A stretch of 64,000 bases of DNA, taken from NCBI GenBank assembly GCA_963728075.1, contig CAVSIP010000001.1, positions 684,251 through 748,250 on the forward strand, read 5' to 3'. Both the position numbers and the translations under genes were made by a program. Of this stretch, positions 63,862 through 64,000 are shown one piece after another; within the stretch, counting starts at the first letter, position 1, and every line of letters begins with the position of its first letter. Source of the stretch: an uncultured Actinomycetota bacterium. GTDB lineage: Bacteria > Actinomycetota > Actinomycetes > JAFAQI01 > DASSKL01. Under the pieces are notes generated by a model that was given only the letters and a program-made list of their open reading frames with translations, ran no database searches and was not told the origin of the DNA.

Positions 63862-64000
63862 GGCGCGGAGGCTATCGCGACCCCGCCGCCAACGGCGGCA
63901 GATCGGCGGCGGCGACGGGCGCGCCGCCGTCCGCCGCGTTCCAGGCTGCCACCGCCCCGGCGCGCAGGGCGTCGAGCGGGTCGCCGTCCCCGACTACCGT

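Overview
This window is a high-GC (roughly 70%+) actinobacterial chromosomal segment, densely coding on both strands. Gene order matches three conserved Mycobacterium/Corynebacterium core neighbourhoods:
(i) lnt(ppm2)-ppm1-fxsA-rbpA (Rv2050-51-like).
(ii) The glycine-cleavage/GarA locus: gcvP, preceded by a tandem glycine riboswitch, then MerR(FtsR-like)-DUF151 nuclease-MerR-garA-gcvH-DUF881/sbp/DUF881 (Rv1823-Rv1832-like).
(iii) The tlyA-nadK-recN-steA-steB(mctB)...pyrG-NUDIX-xerD-parA-scpA-scpB-rluB-(tyrA)-cmk-plsC-der block (Rv1694-Rv1713-like).

Accessory content includes:
- A ~5.1 kb integrase-bearing island inserted in the 3' end of tRNA-Pro(GGG), with a 39-bp direct repeat. It carries an ECF sigma/anti-sigma pair and a lipoprotein.
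- A divergent pair of an animal-type aromatic-L-amino-acid decarboxylase and a GNAT acetyltransferase, next to GAF-LuxR and STAS regulators.
- An MBOAT + SGNH O-acyltransferase pair, flanked by lipoproteins, one of which has VanY/M15 peptidase motifs.
- A GGDEF cyclase, a hemerythrin, a GH13 alpha-glucosidase and a murJ/GT4/membrane-protein envelope cluster.

At least 15 single-base indel frameshifts occur at G/C homopolymers. They are concentrated in three genes: a bifunctional NTP-transferase/PMM gene, recN and nadK. Others fall in tlyA, the ECF sigma and anti-sigma genes, and an M50 protease. Because essential genes are affected, these are most likely sequencing errors rather than pseudogenes.

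No rRNA, CRISPR or obvious defence system was seen. Coordinates of starts are approximate where GTG/TTG alternatives exist.
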